From a bacterium (GTDB lineage: Bacteria > UBP18 > UBA7526), in contig JAUWYL010000003.1 of assembly GCA_030615855.1 (NCBI GenBank), positions 2,384 through 66,383 on the forward strand: a stretch of 64,000 bases of DNA. The letters run 5' to 3'. A program made the position numbers and the translations under genes. Positions 11,021 to 20,853 of the stretch are shown here, one piece after another. Within the stretch, counting starts at the first letter, position 1. Each line of letters starts with the position of its first letter. The notes under the pieces are model-generated. The model searched no databases and was not told the DNA's origin. It saw only the letters and a program-made list of their open reading frames with translations.

Positions 11021-11775
11021 TTCTTCTTTTCTTCTGCCTTCGGTGCTTTCTCTGGCTTCTTCTCTTCCTTAGCAGGAGGCTTGGCCTCTTTTACCTCCCT
11101 AGGAGGCGGAGCTGGTTTCTTCTTTGCTTCCTCTGCCTCCTCTGGTGGCACCTCCTTCTCCTCTCCGATTACCTCTGGCTCGGCCACCACCTCCTCTGGG
11201 GTGGGTGGGACCACCTCCTCCACTGTAGGAGGTACAATAGAGACTACGGATTCTTCTCCATCTGCCAATATCTCGATATCACCGATTACTCTCAAATCCT
11301 TGACGTGCAGAGAGTCCCCAATCCCTAATTCTGAGACATCGACGGAAATGGACTCCGGGATCTCAGTGGGGAGGCACTCCACCTCTATCTCCCTCAATCT
11401 ATGCTGAAGTATTCCTCCCTCTTTTACCCCAGGAGCCTCTCCCCTCACCTCAATGGGAACCGAGGCCTTTAACCTCTCTCTCAGGGATATCTGGCAGAGG
11501 TCAACGTGGAGAAGATCTTCCCTCACGGGATCGGTCTGCAGGTCCTTTACAATGACCGTCCTTGTCTTATCTCCCACCTTTAAAGATATGATGACATTCT
11601 CCCCTGCTTCAGAAGAGAGGGCTCTCTCCAAGTCCTTAGTATTTACAATCAGGGATTGGGCTTTCTCTTTTCCTCCATAGAGTATGGCCGGGATATAACC
11701 TCTTCTTCTCAGTCTTCCCGAGGAGCCCTTCCCCGTCTTCTCCCTGATCTCGGCCTCTAAACTTACTTTCTCCAT
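11017..11775 (-). CDS. rplY: 50S ribosomal protein L25/Ctc
   Basis: RLRRRGYIPAILYGG, LLHVDL, GVKEGG; prs-rplY-pth order. Confidence 0.94.
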   Translation of the reverse strand: MEKVSLEAEIREKTGKGSSGRLRRRGYIPAILYGGKEKAQSLIVNTKDLERALSSEAGENVIISLKVGDKTRTVIVKDLQTDPVREDLLHVDLCQISLRERLKASVPIEVRGEAPGVKEGGILQHRLREIEVECLPTEIPESISVDVSELGIGDSLHVKDLRVIGDIEILADGEESVVSIVPPTVEEVVPPTPEEVVAEPEVIGEEKEVPPEEAEEAKKKPAPPPREVKEAKPPAKEEKKPEKAPKAEEKKK

Positions 11776-11881
11776 TCTTCCTCACTCCGTTCGGATACAC
11801 GGATTTGCACGGATTACAAAACGGATGAGCACGGATTAAATCAGTGCTAATCAGTGTAATAAAATCCGTGCTAATCAGTGC

Positions 11882-12811
11882 TTAATCAAAGAGGGAGCTT
11901 ACTGACTCTCCCTTGTAAATGCGTTTTATTGCCTCTCCTAAGAGCGGGGCAACAGATAGAACCTTTATCTTCTTGAGCCTCTTCTCCTTTGGCAGAGGAA
12001 TGGTATCAGTGATTATCACTTCCTTAATTACCTTCTCCTTTAATATCTCTATTGCTGGCGGAGAGAAGACCCCATGGGTGCAGGCAGCAGAGATCTCCCT
12101 TGCTCCCTCATCTTTCAAGGCCTTTACTGCCTTTATTAAGGTTCCCGCAGTATCTATGATATCATCGACAATGACCAGGTTCTTATTCTTTACTTCACCG
12201 ATGACATTCATCACTGTCGTCTTTCCCGATAGATCCCTCCGTTTATCAATGATGGCTAAAGGAGCCTTCAACCGCTTGGCATAGAACCTCGCCCTAGCTA
12301 CCCCACCAGCATCTGGAGCCACAACCACGAACCTCTTCTTCTTGAGATATCTGCAGATGCTTGGGGTAGCGAAGAGATGATCCACCGGGATATCGAAGAA
12401 GGACTGTATCTGAGCAGCATGTAGATCCATGGTAAGCACCCTATGGGCCCCAGAGCGGGCGATGAGGTTGGCCACCAGTTTGGCGGCGATGGAGACTCGG
12501 GGCTCCACCTTCCTATCCTGCCGGGCATATCCATAGTAGGGTAGAACAGCGGTGATCCTCTCTGCCGATGCCCTCTGGGCGGCATCGATCAAGAGCAATA
12601 GTTCCATCAGACTCTTATTCACTGGAGGACAGGTGGGCTGAAGAATAAAGACATCCTTTCCCCTTATATTCTCTAATATCTTGACATAGGTCTCCCCATC
12701 TGGGAACTGGGTGACCTCTGCTTTTCCTAAAGGAATCTTCAAATATCTGCAGATCTCCTTTGCTAACTCTGGATTGGCATTTCCCGTAAAGACCTTCAAC
12801 TTATCCTTCAT
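11882..12811 (-). CDS. prs: Ribose-phosphate pyrophosphokinase
   Basis: PYYGYARQDRK, DLHAAQIQ, VDDIIDTAGT. Confidence 0.96.
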   Translation of the reverse strand: MKDKLKVFTGNANPELAKEICRYLKIPLGKAEVTQFPDGETYVKILENIRGKDVFILQPTCPPVNKSLMELLLLIDAAQRASAERITAVLPYYGYARQDRKVEPRVSIAAKLVANLIARSGAHRVLTMDLHAAQIQSFFDIPVDHLFATPSICRYLKKKRFVVVAPDAGGVARARFYAKRLKAPLAIIDKRRDLSGKTTVMNVIGEVKNKNLVIVDDIIDTAGTLIKAVKALKDEGAREISAACTHGVFSPPAIEILKEKVIKEVIITDTIPLPKEKRLKKIKVLSVAPLLGEAIKRIYKGESVSSLFD

Positions 12812-12892
12812 CCCGTTTCCTCCTTTGCAATTATAACACACGAATCTATATGAATCAGAAACGAATTCACATGAATCTTTGACTTATTCGTG

Positions 12893-14281
12893 TCATTTCG
12901 TGTTTCTTTTTCGCTTCTGTGACCTCTTCTTTGCCCAGTCCTTTATATTCCTCTGTCTTCCCCGAGCAATGGCCAGGGCATAAGGGGGAACGTCCTCAGT
13001 AATGGTGGAGCCAGCTCCGATCACCGCTCCTCTCCCAATTTTGACTGGAGCAATGAAGTTGGTATTGCTTCCCACGAACACCCCATCAGAAATCGTGGTG
13101 GGATACTTCTTGAAGCCATCGTAGTTACAGGTGATGGTTCCTGCCCCGATATTGATCTCATCCCCTAAGGTAGCATCCCCAATGTAGGACATGTGGGCCA
13201 CCTTGGACTCTCTTCCAATACTTGACTTCTTTATCTCTACAAAGTTCCCGATCTTGGCTCTCTTCCCGATCCTGCTCTTTGGCCTCAGGTGGGCATAGGG
13301 GCCGATTCTGGCCTCTGATTCTATGATGCTATTCTGAATGGATGAGTTCTTGATCTCAACCTTATTGGCCACTCTACTATCCCTTATCTGGACCGCGGGG
13401 CCGATGATACAGTCTTTTCCAATTCTACTCTTGCCCTCAATTATGGTGAAGGGATAGATTACGGTATCCCGATCGATCTCTACCTCCTGGTCAATGGTAG
13501 TAGTGAGAGGATCAACGATGGTCACCCCATTGAGCATGAGCCTATCCAGGATGTGCTCCCTCATGATCCTATTGGCCAAGGCAAGATCCTTCCGAGAGTT
13601 AATCCCGATGATCTCATCTGACTCATCCGTGGTATAGGCACTGACCTTATGGCCCTTCTTGGTCAAGACCTCAATGGCATCTGTTAGGTAATACTCCTCC
13701 TGGACGTTCTCCGGCTTTATCTTCTCTAAGGCCTGGAAGATGGCTTCCTTCTTAAAACAGTAGGTCCCGGCATTCACCTCCTCATTGGCCAGTTCGATTA
13801 TCGTGGCATCCTCCTCCTCTACTATCTTACGGATGGTTCCATCCCCATGCCTGATGACCCTCCCATATCCTGTAGGAGGCTTCAGGATGGCAGTAAGAAT
13901 GGTGGCCAGGGCATCCTTCTCTCTGTGGGTCTCGATCAGTCCCTTCAGGGTCTGGGTTGTTAAGAGCGGGGTGTCCCCGCTTAAGACCAGAAGATCCCCT
14001 TTGAATTTAGTGAGGTCTTCTCTGTATTGGGCCAGGGCATGGCCGGTACCCAGCTGCTCCTTCTGCCAGATGTAATCTACCCTTTTGCCCAGGGCCTCTT
14101 TAACTAAACTTCCTTTATATCCAATGATGACTATCTTCCGATCAATATTTAGCTCTTTTAATCGGTCGATGAGATATTCTATCATGGGCTTGCCACAGAC
14201 CTGGTGCAAGACCTTGGGCAATCTGGACTTCATTCTCGTCCCCTCGCCCGCTGCCAGGACAATGGCCACAATACTTTTCAT
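12893..14281 (-). CDS. glmU: Bifunctional GlmU
   Basis: LAAGEGTRMKS, QLGTGHA, hexapeptide repeats, ITCNYDG. Confidence 0.96.
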   Translation of the reverse strand: MKSIVAIVLAAGEGTRMKSRLPKVLHQVCGKPMIEYLIDRLKELNIDRKIVIIGYKGSLVKEALGKRVDYIWQKEQLGTGHALAQYREDLTKFKGDLLVLSGDTPLLTTQTLKGLIETHREKDALATILTAILKPPTGYGRVIRHGDGTIRKIVEEEDATIIELANEEVNAGTYCFKKEAIFQALEKIKPENVQEEYYLTDAIEVLTKKGHKVSAYTTDESDEIIGINSRKDLALANRIMREHILDRLMLNGVTIVDPLTTTIDQEVEIDRDTVIYPFTIIEGKSRIGKDCIIGPAVQIRDSRVANKVEIKNSSIQNSIIESEARIGPYAHLRPKSRIGKRAKIGNFVEIKKSSIGRESKVAHMSYIGDATLGDEINIGAGTITCNYDGFKKYPTTISDGVFVGSNTNFIAPVKIGRGAVIGAGSTITEDVPPYALAIARGRQRNIKDWAKKRSQKRKRNTK

Positions 14282-14298
14282 CTTTTACTCCTCAATAA

Positions 14299-14766
14299 AA
14301 AGTCAAAAGTCAAAAGTCAATAGTCAATAGTCTTTTTCCGATTTTGGAAGAAATTTTTCAGGATCGTTATGCATTACCCATAGCATAGAAATTATTTCCT
14401 GATAATCATTATCAATCTCGTGATATATGTCTTCATCCAAATAGCCATGCTGCAATGCATAATCAAGCCAATTTTGGGTTTCCTGTGCTTCTCCCATGGC
14501 ATCTACCATTTTGACCTTAAATGCTTTAGGATACATTCGTTTTGCCCACCCCTCAGCAATTTGACCGCTTACAGAACGGGAAGATCTTAGGGTCTGATCT
14601 ATAAGAGAATACCTTTCTTCCTTTGGCCAAGAACGAGTCAACTCATATAATCTGCAAGATAAAGCGAATGCTTTCTGCCATACCTTGAGATCACGAAACG
14701 ATTTTATTTTCATTCTTACTCTATTTTCTGACTATCGACTAATGACTATCGACTAATGACTAATTG
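14299..14766. repeat. Mutually inverted heptamer arrays flanking the four-helix-bundle gene
   Basis: (A[A/T]AGTCA)x5 at 14299-14332 and (GACTA[TC/AT])x5 at 14730-14764. Confidence 0.85.
14324..14713 (-). CDS. Four-helix-bundle protein (23S rRNA IVP-like family)
   Basis: FRDLKVWQKA, PKEERYSLIDQ, RSSRSVSGQIAEG, GEAQETQNWL. Confidence 0.9.
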   Translation of the reverse strand: MKIKSFRDLKVWQKAFALSCRLYELTRSWPKEERYSLIDQTLRSSRSVSGQIAEGWAKRMYPKAFKVKMVDAMGEAQETQNWLDYALQHGYLDEDIYHEIDNDYQEIISMLWVMHNDPEKFLPKSEKDY

Positions 14767-14770
14767 TAAG

Positions 14771-14841
14771 CTGCCGGGGATGGGATCGAACCATCACACC
14801 GGACTCCAAAGGCCCGTGTCCTACCATTAGACGACCCGGCA
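14771..14841 (-). tRNA. tRNA-Gln(TTG)
   Basis: TGCCGGG/CCCGGCA acceptor stem, anticodon arm CGGGC-CTTTGGA-GTCCG, GGTTCGATCC T arm; CCA not encoded. Confidence 0.93.
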
Positions 14842-14997
14842 ACTCTTCCTTAAGGGCTCTCTCTTGAAAATCTTTAGAACCCTCTGATTACACAGATTTC
14901 AAAATGACTACACTGATTTTACTGTCGAAGTCTTAATCTGTGTAATCTATCTTTCAATCTTGTAATCAAAGATTTCTGACTTTTTCAGAAATCTTTT

Positions 14998-15348
14998 TTA
15001 CTTCTTCTCTTCCTCCGGCTTCTCCCTTACCTCAGGGGCCTCTTCGTAGACCTTGGGTTCTTCAGGAACCACTGCCTCTGGGACTGCTCCCTGGGAGGCG
15101 AGCTCTTCCTGGTACTTCCCAATGACCTTCTCCTCAATCATCCTTCTGGTCTCGTTGTTCAGGGGATGGGCGATGTCCTTGAAGCTTCCGTCCTGGAGCC
15201 GCCTGGAAGGCATGGAGACAAAGAGTCCCCTCATACCTTTGATCACCTTTAAGCCCCTCACCACAAAGCAACCATCGAAGACGATGGAGGCAAAGGCCTT
15301 GAGCTTTTCCTCATCCCTGAGCGTGATGCGTATTTCCGTGATCTCCAT
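14998..15348 (-). CDS. spoVG: SpoVG family nucleic-acid-binding protein
   Basis: MEITEIRI, KLKAFASIVFD, GLFVSMPSR, FKDIAHP. Confidence 0.93.
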   Translation of the reverse strand: MEITEIRITLRDEEKLKAFASIVFDGCFVVRGLKVIKGMRGLFVSMPSRRLQDGSFKDIAHPLNNETRRMIEEKVIGKYQEELASQGAVPEAVVPEEPKVYEEAPEVREKPEEEKK

Positions 15349-15367
15349 CTAGTTCTCACCACCTTCC

Positions 15368-16276
15368 TTATGCAAGATGCTTAAAAGATTTCAAGAAAAA
15401 GACCTTTCTAAAGTCTTTCTTTATCTTCTTATAAATCTCTTCTGCTTTCTGGTAGTCTTCCGCCAGACCAAAGACTGAAGGGCCAGAGCCACTCATCAAA
15501 GCGCCGCAGGCACCCAATTCCAAGAGCCTTTTCTTTATCTTACCAATTTGGGGATGCCTGGGAATGACCACTTCCTCTAATCTATTATATAGGCTATTAC
15601 CTATTTTCTTTACGTTGCCCGATTTCAGGGCAAACAAAATTATTTTAATACTTTGCGCTTCTTTTGTCAAGTCCTTCAGGTTCTTATTTCTGAGCGAAGC
15701 GAAGAAACAAGGTTCTGACGAAGTCAGGTTCTTATAGGCCCACTCTGTAGAGACCTCAAAATCAGGGGAGATGAGGACAAAGTAAAGGGTTGGGCTCTGG
15801 GGAAGAGGTTTTAGCTTATCCCCCCTACCTTTTCCTAAAACCCTTCCTTTTCTCAAGAAGAAAGGAGCGTCTACCCCTATCTCTCGGGCAAGACCGGCTA
15901 GTTCTTGATAACTTAAACCCAAGTTCCACAACCTATTCAATCCCAGAAGGACACTCGCCCCATTACTTGACCCCCCTCCCAGGCCACTGGCTAGGGGTAT
16001 TTTCTTATCGAGGGTAATCTGGACTCCTCTTTTGATCTTGAGTCTCTCTTTTAAGAGGGAGGCTGCCTGGTAAGCAAGGTTCTCTTTCCCTAAAGGCAGT
16101 TCAGGAAGATCGCTCTTAATTTCTATCTCTTTCTCTATCTCTTTCAGTGTGAGACTATCGAAGAGGTCTACCGTCTCTAGGATGGTCTCCACATTATGGT
16201 AGCCATCCCCTCTCTTTCCCAGGACCTCTAAAAAGAGATTTACCTTGGCTGGTGATTCAATCCTTAGCTCTTTCAA
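15368..16276 (-). CDS. ispE: 4-diphosphocytidyl-2-C-methyl-D-erythritol kinase, with repeat insertion
   Basis: PAKVNLFL, IPLASGLGGGSSN, MSGSGPSVF. Confidence 0.95.
   Translation of the reverse strand: MKELRIESPAKVNLFLEVLGKRGDGYHNVETILETVDLFDSLTLKEIEKEIEIKSDLPELPLGKENLAYQAASLLKERLKIKRGVQITLDKKIPLASGLGGGSSNGASVLLGLNRLWNLGLSYQELAGLAREIGVDAPFFLRKGRVLGKGRGDKLKPLPQSPTLYFVLISPDFEVSTEWAYKNLTSSEPCFFASLRNKNLKDLTKEAQSIKIILFALKSGNVKKIGNSLYNRLEEVVIPRHPQIGKIKKRLLELGACGALMSGSGPSVFGLAEDYQKAEEIYKKIKKDFRKVFFLKSFKHLA
15642..15670 (-). promoter_or_regulatory. Putative internal sigma70 promoter in ispE upstream of spoVG/tRNA-Gln
   Basis: TTGACA-17 nt-TAAAAT. Confidence 0.5.
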
Positions 16277-18209
16277 GTTCCTTTCTTGCTCTCTTTATCT
16301 TCTGCTTAACCTTCTTATCCTTCTTAAGTTTATAAGACTTCTCCCAAAAATTAAGTGCTTTCTCTAAGAGGCCCTTCTGCTGGTAGGCATCACCAAGATG
16401 GTCGAAGATGATGGGGTCATCAGAGACAAATCCAATGGCTTTCTCTAAGAGTTCTAAGGCCTTCTCATAATTTCCCTTCTGGTAGTAACCCCATCCCAGG
16501 CTATCCAAGAAGTAGCCATTCTCCGGTTCAATCTCCAAGGCCTTCTCCACTAACTCCATGGATTCCTCAAGGTTTATTCCCCTCTCAATGTAGAGATAGC
16601 CCAGATAATTATAGGCATTGGCCAATTTGGGATCCAGTTCTATTGCCTTCCGGAAATTCTCTACCGTCTTCTCGAACTCCCCCCTCTTATCATAGGCCAC
16701 TCCCAGGTTGAAGTGGACCGCTCCATCCTTAGGATTCAAGGAGAGGGATTTCTGGAAAGAGGAGATTGCTTTCTTATAATCCTCTATCCCATTGTAGGCC
16801 AGACCGAGGAAGAACCAGACCTGGGCATTATCTGGTTTTAGTTTGGTGGTCTTCTTGAATACCTTTAGCGTTTTCCTCTTCTCATCTATTTCAGAATAGA
16901 TGTAACCCAGGTGGAGATAGGCCTCTAAGAAGTCCTTCTTTAAGTCGATGACTTTCTTGAACTGGTCCCTTGCCTTCTGATAATCCTTCTTCTCTTCAAA
17001 TAGGACTCCCAGATAGTAGTGAGCCCGCACATCCTCTGGTGCTATTTTCAGTACCTTCTGGAAACCTTCTATGGCCTTATCTACCTCTCCCTGATAGTAA
17101 TAGATCAAGGCTAATCTCTTAGTTACGCTTATCTCCCTGGGATTTATCTCCAGGATCTTTTCATACTGGGAGAGGGCCTCTTTTAGCTTGTTCTGATTGC
17201 AGTAGATCTGGGCCAGGCGGTTTCGGGCAGTGATATTCTTAGGATCCTTCTTCAATACCTCAAGATATGTTTTCTTTGCCTCTTCTGTCTCATCCTTCAG
17301 TTCATATAAGATGCCCAAGGAGAGGTGGGCCGGAAGGTATTCTGGATTGAGCTCTAAGACCTTCTTATAAGAAGCGATGGCTTTAGCAAACTCTCCCTTT
17401 CCACTATAGAGCAGAGCCAGGTTTAAATGGGTACTTGTATAATCCGGTTCCAGCCTCTCAACCTCCTCATAGGAGTCTATTGCTTTTTCAAAGTCCCCTT
17501 CCCTAGCATAGAGGTTCCCCAGGATGAAGTGGGCCTCAGCATAATCCGGCTCCAGATCTATTGCTCTCTGATAGCATTCCCTGGCTCTTTCTATTCTTCC
17601 TTCTTCAATACTTAGGGTTCCTAAGAAGAAGTAGGTCTGGGGGGAGAGGGGATCAGTCCACATGGATCGGCGAAAGAGTCCTCTGGCTTCTTTGAACTCC
17701 TCTATTCTGAAGTAATCCTTCCCTAAGGCGGTGAGGATGGCACTGGAGTCCGGCTCATACTTTAAAGCCCGCTCATACTGCTTGATGGCCTTCTTGAAAT
17801 CACCCTCCTCATCATAGATAACCCCTAGGCTATAATGAGCATAACCTAAGGGATGAGCGATTCTTTTCTCTTCCTTGGGAGGAGTAAATGGTCTCTCTTC
17901 GATCTCAAAGGAGAAGGAAGCAAGGGGGAAGCAGAATAACCAAGAAACAAGAAACAATAGCCAAACAGAGAATTTCCAATATCCCCGCCTGCCAATCGCC
18001 TGAAGGCGATAGCCTGATGGCGGGCAGGCAATACCCAATTTCCAATGATCCGGATTAAACATTTGACATTTAAGAATTGAACATTTTGTTAGAAATTGGA
18101 AATTAGCCCCTCGCATTTGCTCGGGATAAACCTTGTCCCGAACCTTTAGGTGAGGGATAATTAGAAATTTAATAGAGTTGTCATTTCTCATTTTAACTTT
18201 CTTTATCAA
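16257..18209 (-). CDS. Exported tetratricopeptide repeat protein (true start uncertain)
   Basis: Many TPR units, NYLGY..DSLGW motif; N-terminal ~75 aa look repeat-derived. Confidence 0.85.
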   Translation of the reverse strand: MIKKVKMRNDNSIKFLIIPHLKVRDKVYPEQMRGANFQFLTKCSILKCQMFNPDHWKLGIACPPSGYRLQAIGRRGYWKFSVWLLFLVSWLFCFPLASFSFEIEERPFTPPKEEKRIAHPLGYAHYSLGVIYDEEGDFKKAIKQYERALKYEPDSSAILTALGKDYFRIEEFKEARGLFRRSMWTDPLSPQTYFFLGTLSIEEGRIERARECYQRAIDLEPDYAEAHFILGNLYAREGDFEKAIDSYEEVERLEPDYTSTHLNLALLYSGKGEFAKAIASYKKVLELNPEYLPAHLSLGILYELKDETEEAKKTYLEVLKKDPKNITARNRLAQIYCNQNKLKEALSQYEKILEINPREISVTKRLALIYYYQGEVDKAIEGFQKVLKIAPEDVRAHYYLGVLFEEKKDYQKARDQFKKVIDLKKDFLEAYLHLGYIYSEIDEKRKTLKVFKKTTKLKPDNAQVWFFLGLAYNGIEDYKKAISSFQKSLSLNPKDGAVHFNLGVAYDKRGEFEKTVENFRKAIELDPKLANAYNYLGYLYIERGINLEESMELVEKALEIEPENGYFLDSLGWGYYQKGNYEKALELLEKAIGFVSDDPIIFDHLGDAYQQKGLLEKALNFWEKSYKLKKDKKVKQKIKRARKELERAKD

Positions 18210-20073
18210 ACACTGCTGGAGCTATGTAGTCTCCATGTTCTGCTCTTGCCACTTCTAACCTCTTTCTCTCTTCTTCCAATACCTTAAACAGGATATCCGG
18301 AGCATCAGGAACCTTTGTTCTATAGATCTCAACAATCCTTTCGTTTTTTGCTACATTCTCCGGGATCCTTAAGGTGAACTGCTTTACATAATCTTCCTCA
18401 CTATAATTCTTATCAAGGACCTCTTTAAATAATTTTTTAAGGTCTTTATACTGGGGGATATAACCAGTAGGAGTCTTAATGGCCTCAACCTCGCCATGTA
18501 CTCTTCTCTCCATCCATTTGAGCCAGATGATCTTATCCTCCACAGCATTCAGATACTCTCCCTCCTTATCCTTCAAGAAGTAATTTACGGAGAAGATGGA
18601 TGGTGGATTATCTAAGGTGTTACCAAACTGAAGATTATTATTGATGTATCTGCCTAAGGGGATGGATAAAAAGTCCAGATTGGACATGAGGTTGAACTTC
18701 CTCACCCCTTCCTCTCCCAGAGTAGCGGCAGTAGTCTCTGACTCTAGGGAGGCCCCTTTGGTTATTATCCCATGTTTCCAATCAAAAGATTCTTGTACTG
18801 GAACCCAGGTATCTGAATCCCGACCCCCATAGATTATCCCCTTTATCTCTACGCCTTGGGGATCGTCTAATTTAGGGTCACAATTCTTAAGGGCATAAAG
18901 ACTGACGGTATATCTTGCGTTCTTATGGGCATGGGTTATTTCATTCCCTTTGGCATCCTTCTTTCCTTTAAACCATTCTCCCGAATAATTAACCCCTCTC
19001 TCAGGTATCTCTCTCCCATCCCCAAGCCAATAAGGAGTCCCCTCTTCAGTCACTAAGATATTAGAGAAGATTACCTCTCCCGGAGAATTGAGAGCCTTCC
19101 AAATCAGAGGGTCGTCCTTGGGATTGACATCCCTGATAATCCCAAATATTCCACATTCAACATTTACCGCATAGACTTTTCCATCCTTCTTTTTCAGATA
19201 GGCTATATCATCGCCAATGATGGTCTCCCCTTCTATCATAGAGGTTGATGTCTTGCCACAGGCGCTGGGAAATGCTCCCGTGAAATAAGTCACCCTCGCG
19301 CCTTTCCCATGGACCCCCATGATAAGCATATGCTCCGCCAGCCAGCCTTCCCGGGAGGCCTTATGGATGGCCAGGCGCAGGGAGAGCTTCTTGAAACCTA
19401 CCGTATTTCCCGCATACTGGGTATTGGTACTATAAACAATGTGATCCTTTAAGTCTATGTATACTTTACGCTCATCGATGTTCTTACTTACCCCATTCTC
19501 AAGAGGACCGGCGCTATGAACAACCTTGAAGAATTCCCTGCTTGCTCCCATTCTTTTAAACTCCTCATACCCACTCCGATAAAGAATGCCTTCTGAGTGG
19601 GCAACATAAGCCGAATCGGTTAATTGGACAGCGGGGATGGAGAATTCAGAGTTCGTCGGTCCCAGAGAGAAGAAACAGACAAACATCTCCTTTCCTTCCA
19701 TAATCTTTTTCAGATACTCATGCACCTCTTTGAGCCCCTTCTCTCTATCTATAGCATTGACATCGGGACCTAAACTTACCTCAGGGGGAAGAAGATACTT
19801 GGTATTCTCCTTATCCCTCGCCTGGTCAAAGTAGCCATCGAAATGGATGGTATGGCCATCTATGGCCAGTGACTTTTCTTCTTTCAATTCTTTGGCCCTA
19901 TTCCTGACATACTGAGCATCCTCTAAGGAATCGGTGCGCACGAAGAGAGAGGCTGGATTACAATGCTCGACATACTTTGCTACAAAATCATGAAGCCTGG
20001 GATTATCTAACGCCATCAGTTTCTCATAGTTTTCTCGTTTGCATTTGGCCTTGAGTAACTCTTTATAATTCAT
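18193..20073 (-). CDS. pckG: Phosphoenolpyruvate carboxykinase (GTP)
   Basis: GWLAEHM, AFPSACGKT, IGDDIA, IIYGGRD. Confidence 0.93.
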   Translation of the reverse strand: MNYKELLKAKCKRENYEKLMALDNPRLHDFVAKYVEHCNPASLFVRTDSLEDAQYVRNRAKELKEEKSLAIDGHTIHFDGYFDQARDKENTKYLLPPEVSLGPDVNAIDREKGLKEVHEYLKKIMEGKEMFVCFFSLGPTNSEFSIPAVQLTDSAYVAHSEGILYRSGYEEFKRMGASREFFKVVHSAGPLENGVSKNIDERKVYIDLKDHIVYSTNTQYAGNTVGFKKLSLRLAIHKASREGWLAEHMLIMGVHGKGARVTYFTGAFPSACGKTSTSMIEGETIIGDDIAYLKKKDGKVYAVNVECGIFGIIRDVNPKDDPLIWKALNSPGEVIFSNILVTEEGTPYWLGDGREIPERGVNYSGEWFKGKKDAKGNEITHAHKNARYTVSLYALKNCDPKLDDPQGVEIKGIIYGGRDSDTWVPVQESFDWKHGIITKGASLESETTAATLGEEGVRKFNLMSNLDFLSIPLGRYINNNLQFGNTLDNPPSIFSVNYFLKDKEGEYLNAVEDKIIWLKWMERRVHGEVEAIKTPTGYIPQYKDLKKLFKEVLDKNYSEEDYVKQFTLRIPENVAKNERIVEIYRTKVPDAPDILFKVLEEERKRLEVARAEHGDYIAPAVFDKES

Positions 20074-20260
20074 GCTATGCTCCCGTAGTTTCTAAATTAG
20101 ACGAGGCAAACGAAGTGCGTCGTCACAATTATAAATTGGACAAGGCAAACGAAGTGCGTTGTCATATCTTTCCATTACTTTCCTTCACTCTTGAAAGGGA
20201 TAAGTAAGAGAGATAATCATGACTAAATAAGAACCTGACTTCGTCAGAACCTTGTTTTGC

Positions 20261-20410
20261 TTATTGAAGTTCCGATACCTCAAAATAGCCACCAATGATC
20301 AGGATGGGAGCAGTAGTGAGGGAGCCTTTCTAGAGATAGAGAAATCCTAAAGCAGCGATCAAGAGGCCCAGTCCAAAAATCATTAGAGTTTTCTTAGTGT
20401 CTCTCTTCAC
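20261..20410 (-). pseudogene. Small two-TM protein (DUF3098-like) with internal TAG
   Basis: Manual translation MKRDTKKTLMIFGLGLLIAALGFLYL*KGSLTTAPILIIGGYFEVSELQ*. Confidence 0.5.
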
Positions 20411-20551
20411 CCCGCACCTTCCCCTTGCTATAACTAAATTAGTTTAGCATACTAAACTCTGGAATGCAAATAAAAAGAAAAAGCCCCACCAATATCCCCC
20501 TAATATCGAGGGATTCGGGAGAGGCTTTCTCTTTCCTAAAATATTTCTTCC

Positions 20552-20776
20552 CTAACGGCGGGCCATCTTGGCTTCGGCAATGTAACCGGCCTTGTCCAGG
20601 TAGTACATATAGCCTTTTTTTCTAGTGATCTTCTCGGTGCCTACTCTCTTCTTTCTTCCGCCCTTGGTCCTCTTCATGGGTGCCTGCCAGACATAGCCGT
20701 CTTTCCCGATGTAGTAAAGATAGCCTTTCTGCCTCGCAATCTTTTCCTTACCGATTTTCTTTCCCATTCCCTTCAC
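20552..20776 (-). CDS. Small basic two-repeat protein, possibly CC1-like nucleoid protein
   Basis: Duplicated EKIxRxKGYxYYxxKxGY motif; own promoter. Confidence 0.7.
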   Translation of the reverse strand: MKGMGKKIGKEKIARQKGYLYYIGKDGYVWQAPMKRTKGGRKKRVGTEKITRKKGYMYYLDKAGYIAEAKMARR

Positions 20777-20815
20777 CTCCTTCGTCTACTCTCGAAAATT
20801 TTTCAACCAAGAAAT

Positions 20816-20844
20816 AGTATACTCGAAAAAAGTTGTTTTGTCAA
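20816..20844 (-). promoter_or_regulatory. Sigma70 promoter
   Basis: TTGACA-17 nt-TATACT. Confidence 0.65.
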
Positions 20845-20853
20845 GGAAAATCT

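Noticed and set aside
14324..14713. Diversity-generating retroelement or rRNA intervening sequence
   Set aside because: No reverse transcriptase, TR/VR pair or rRNA in the window
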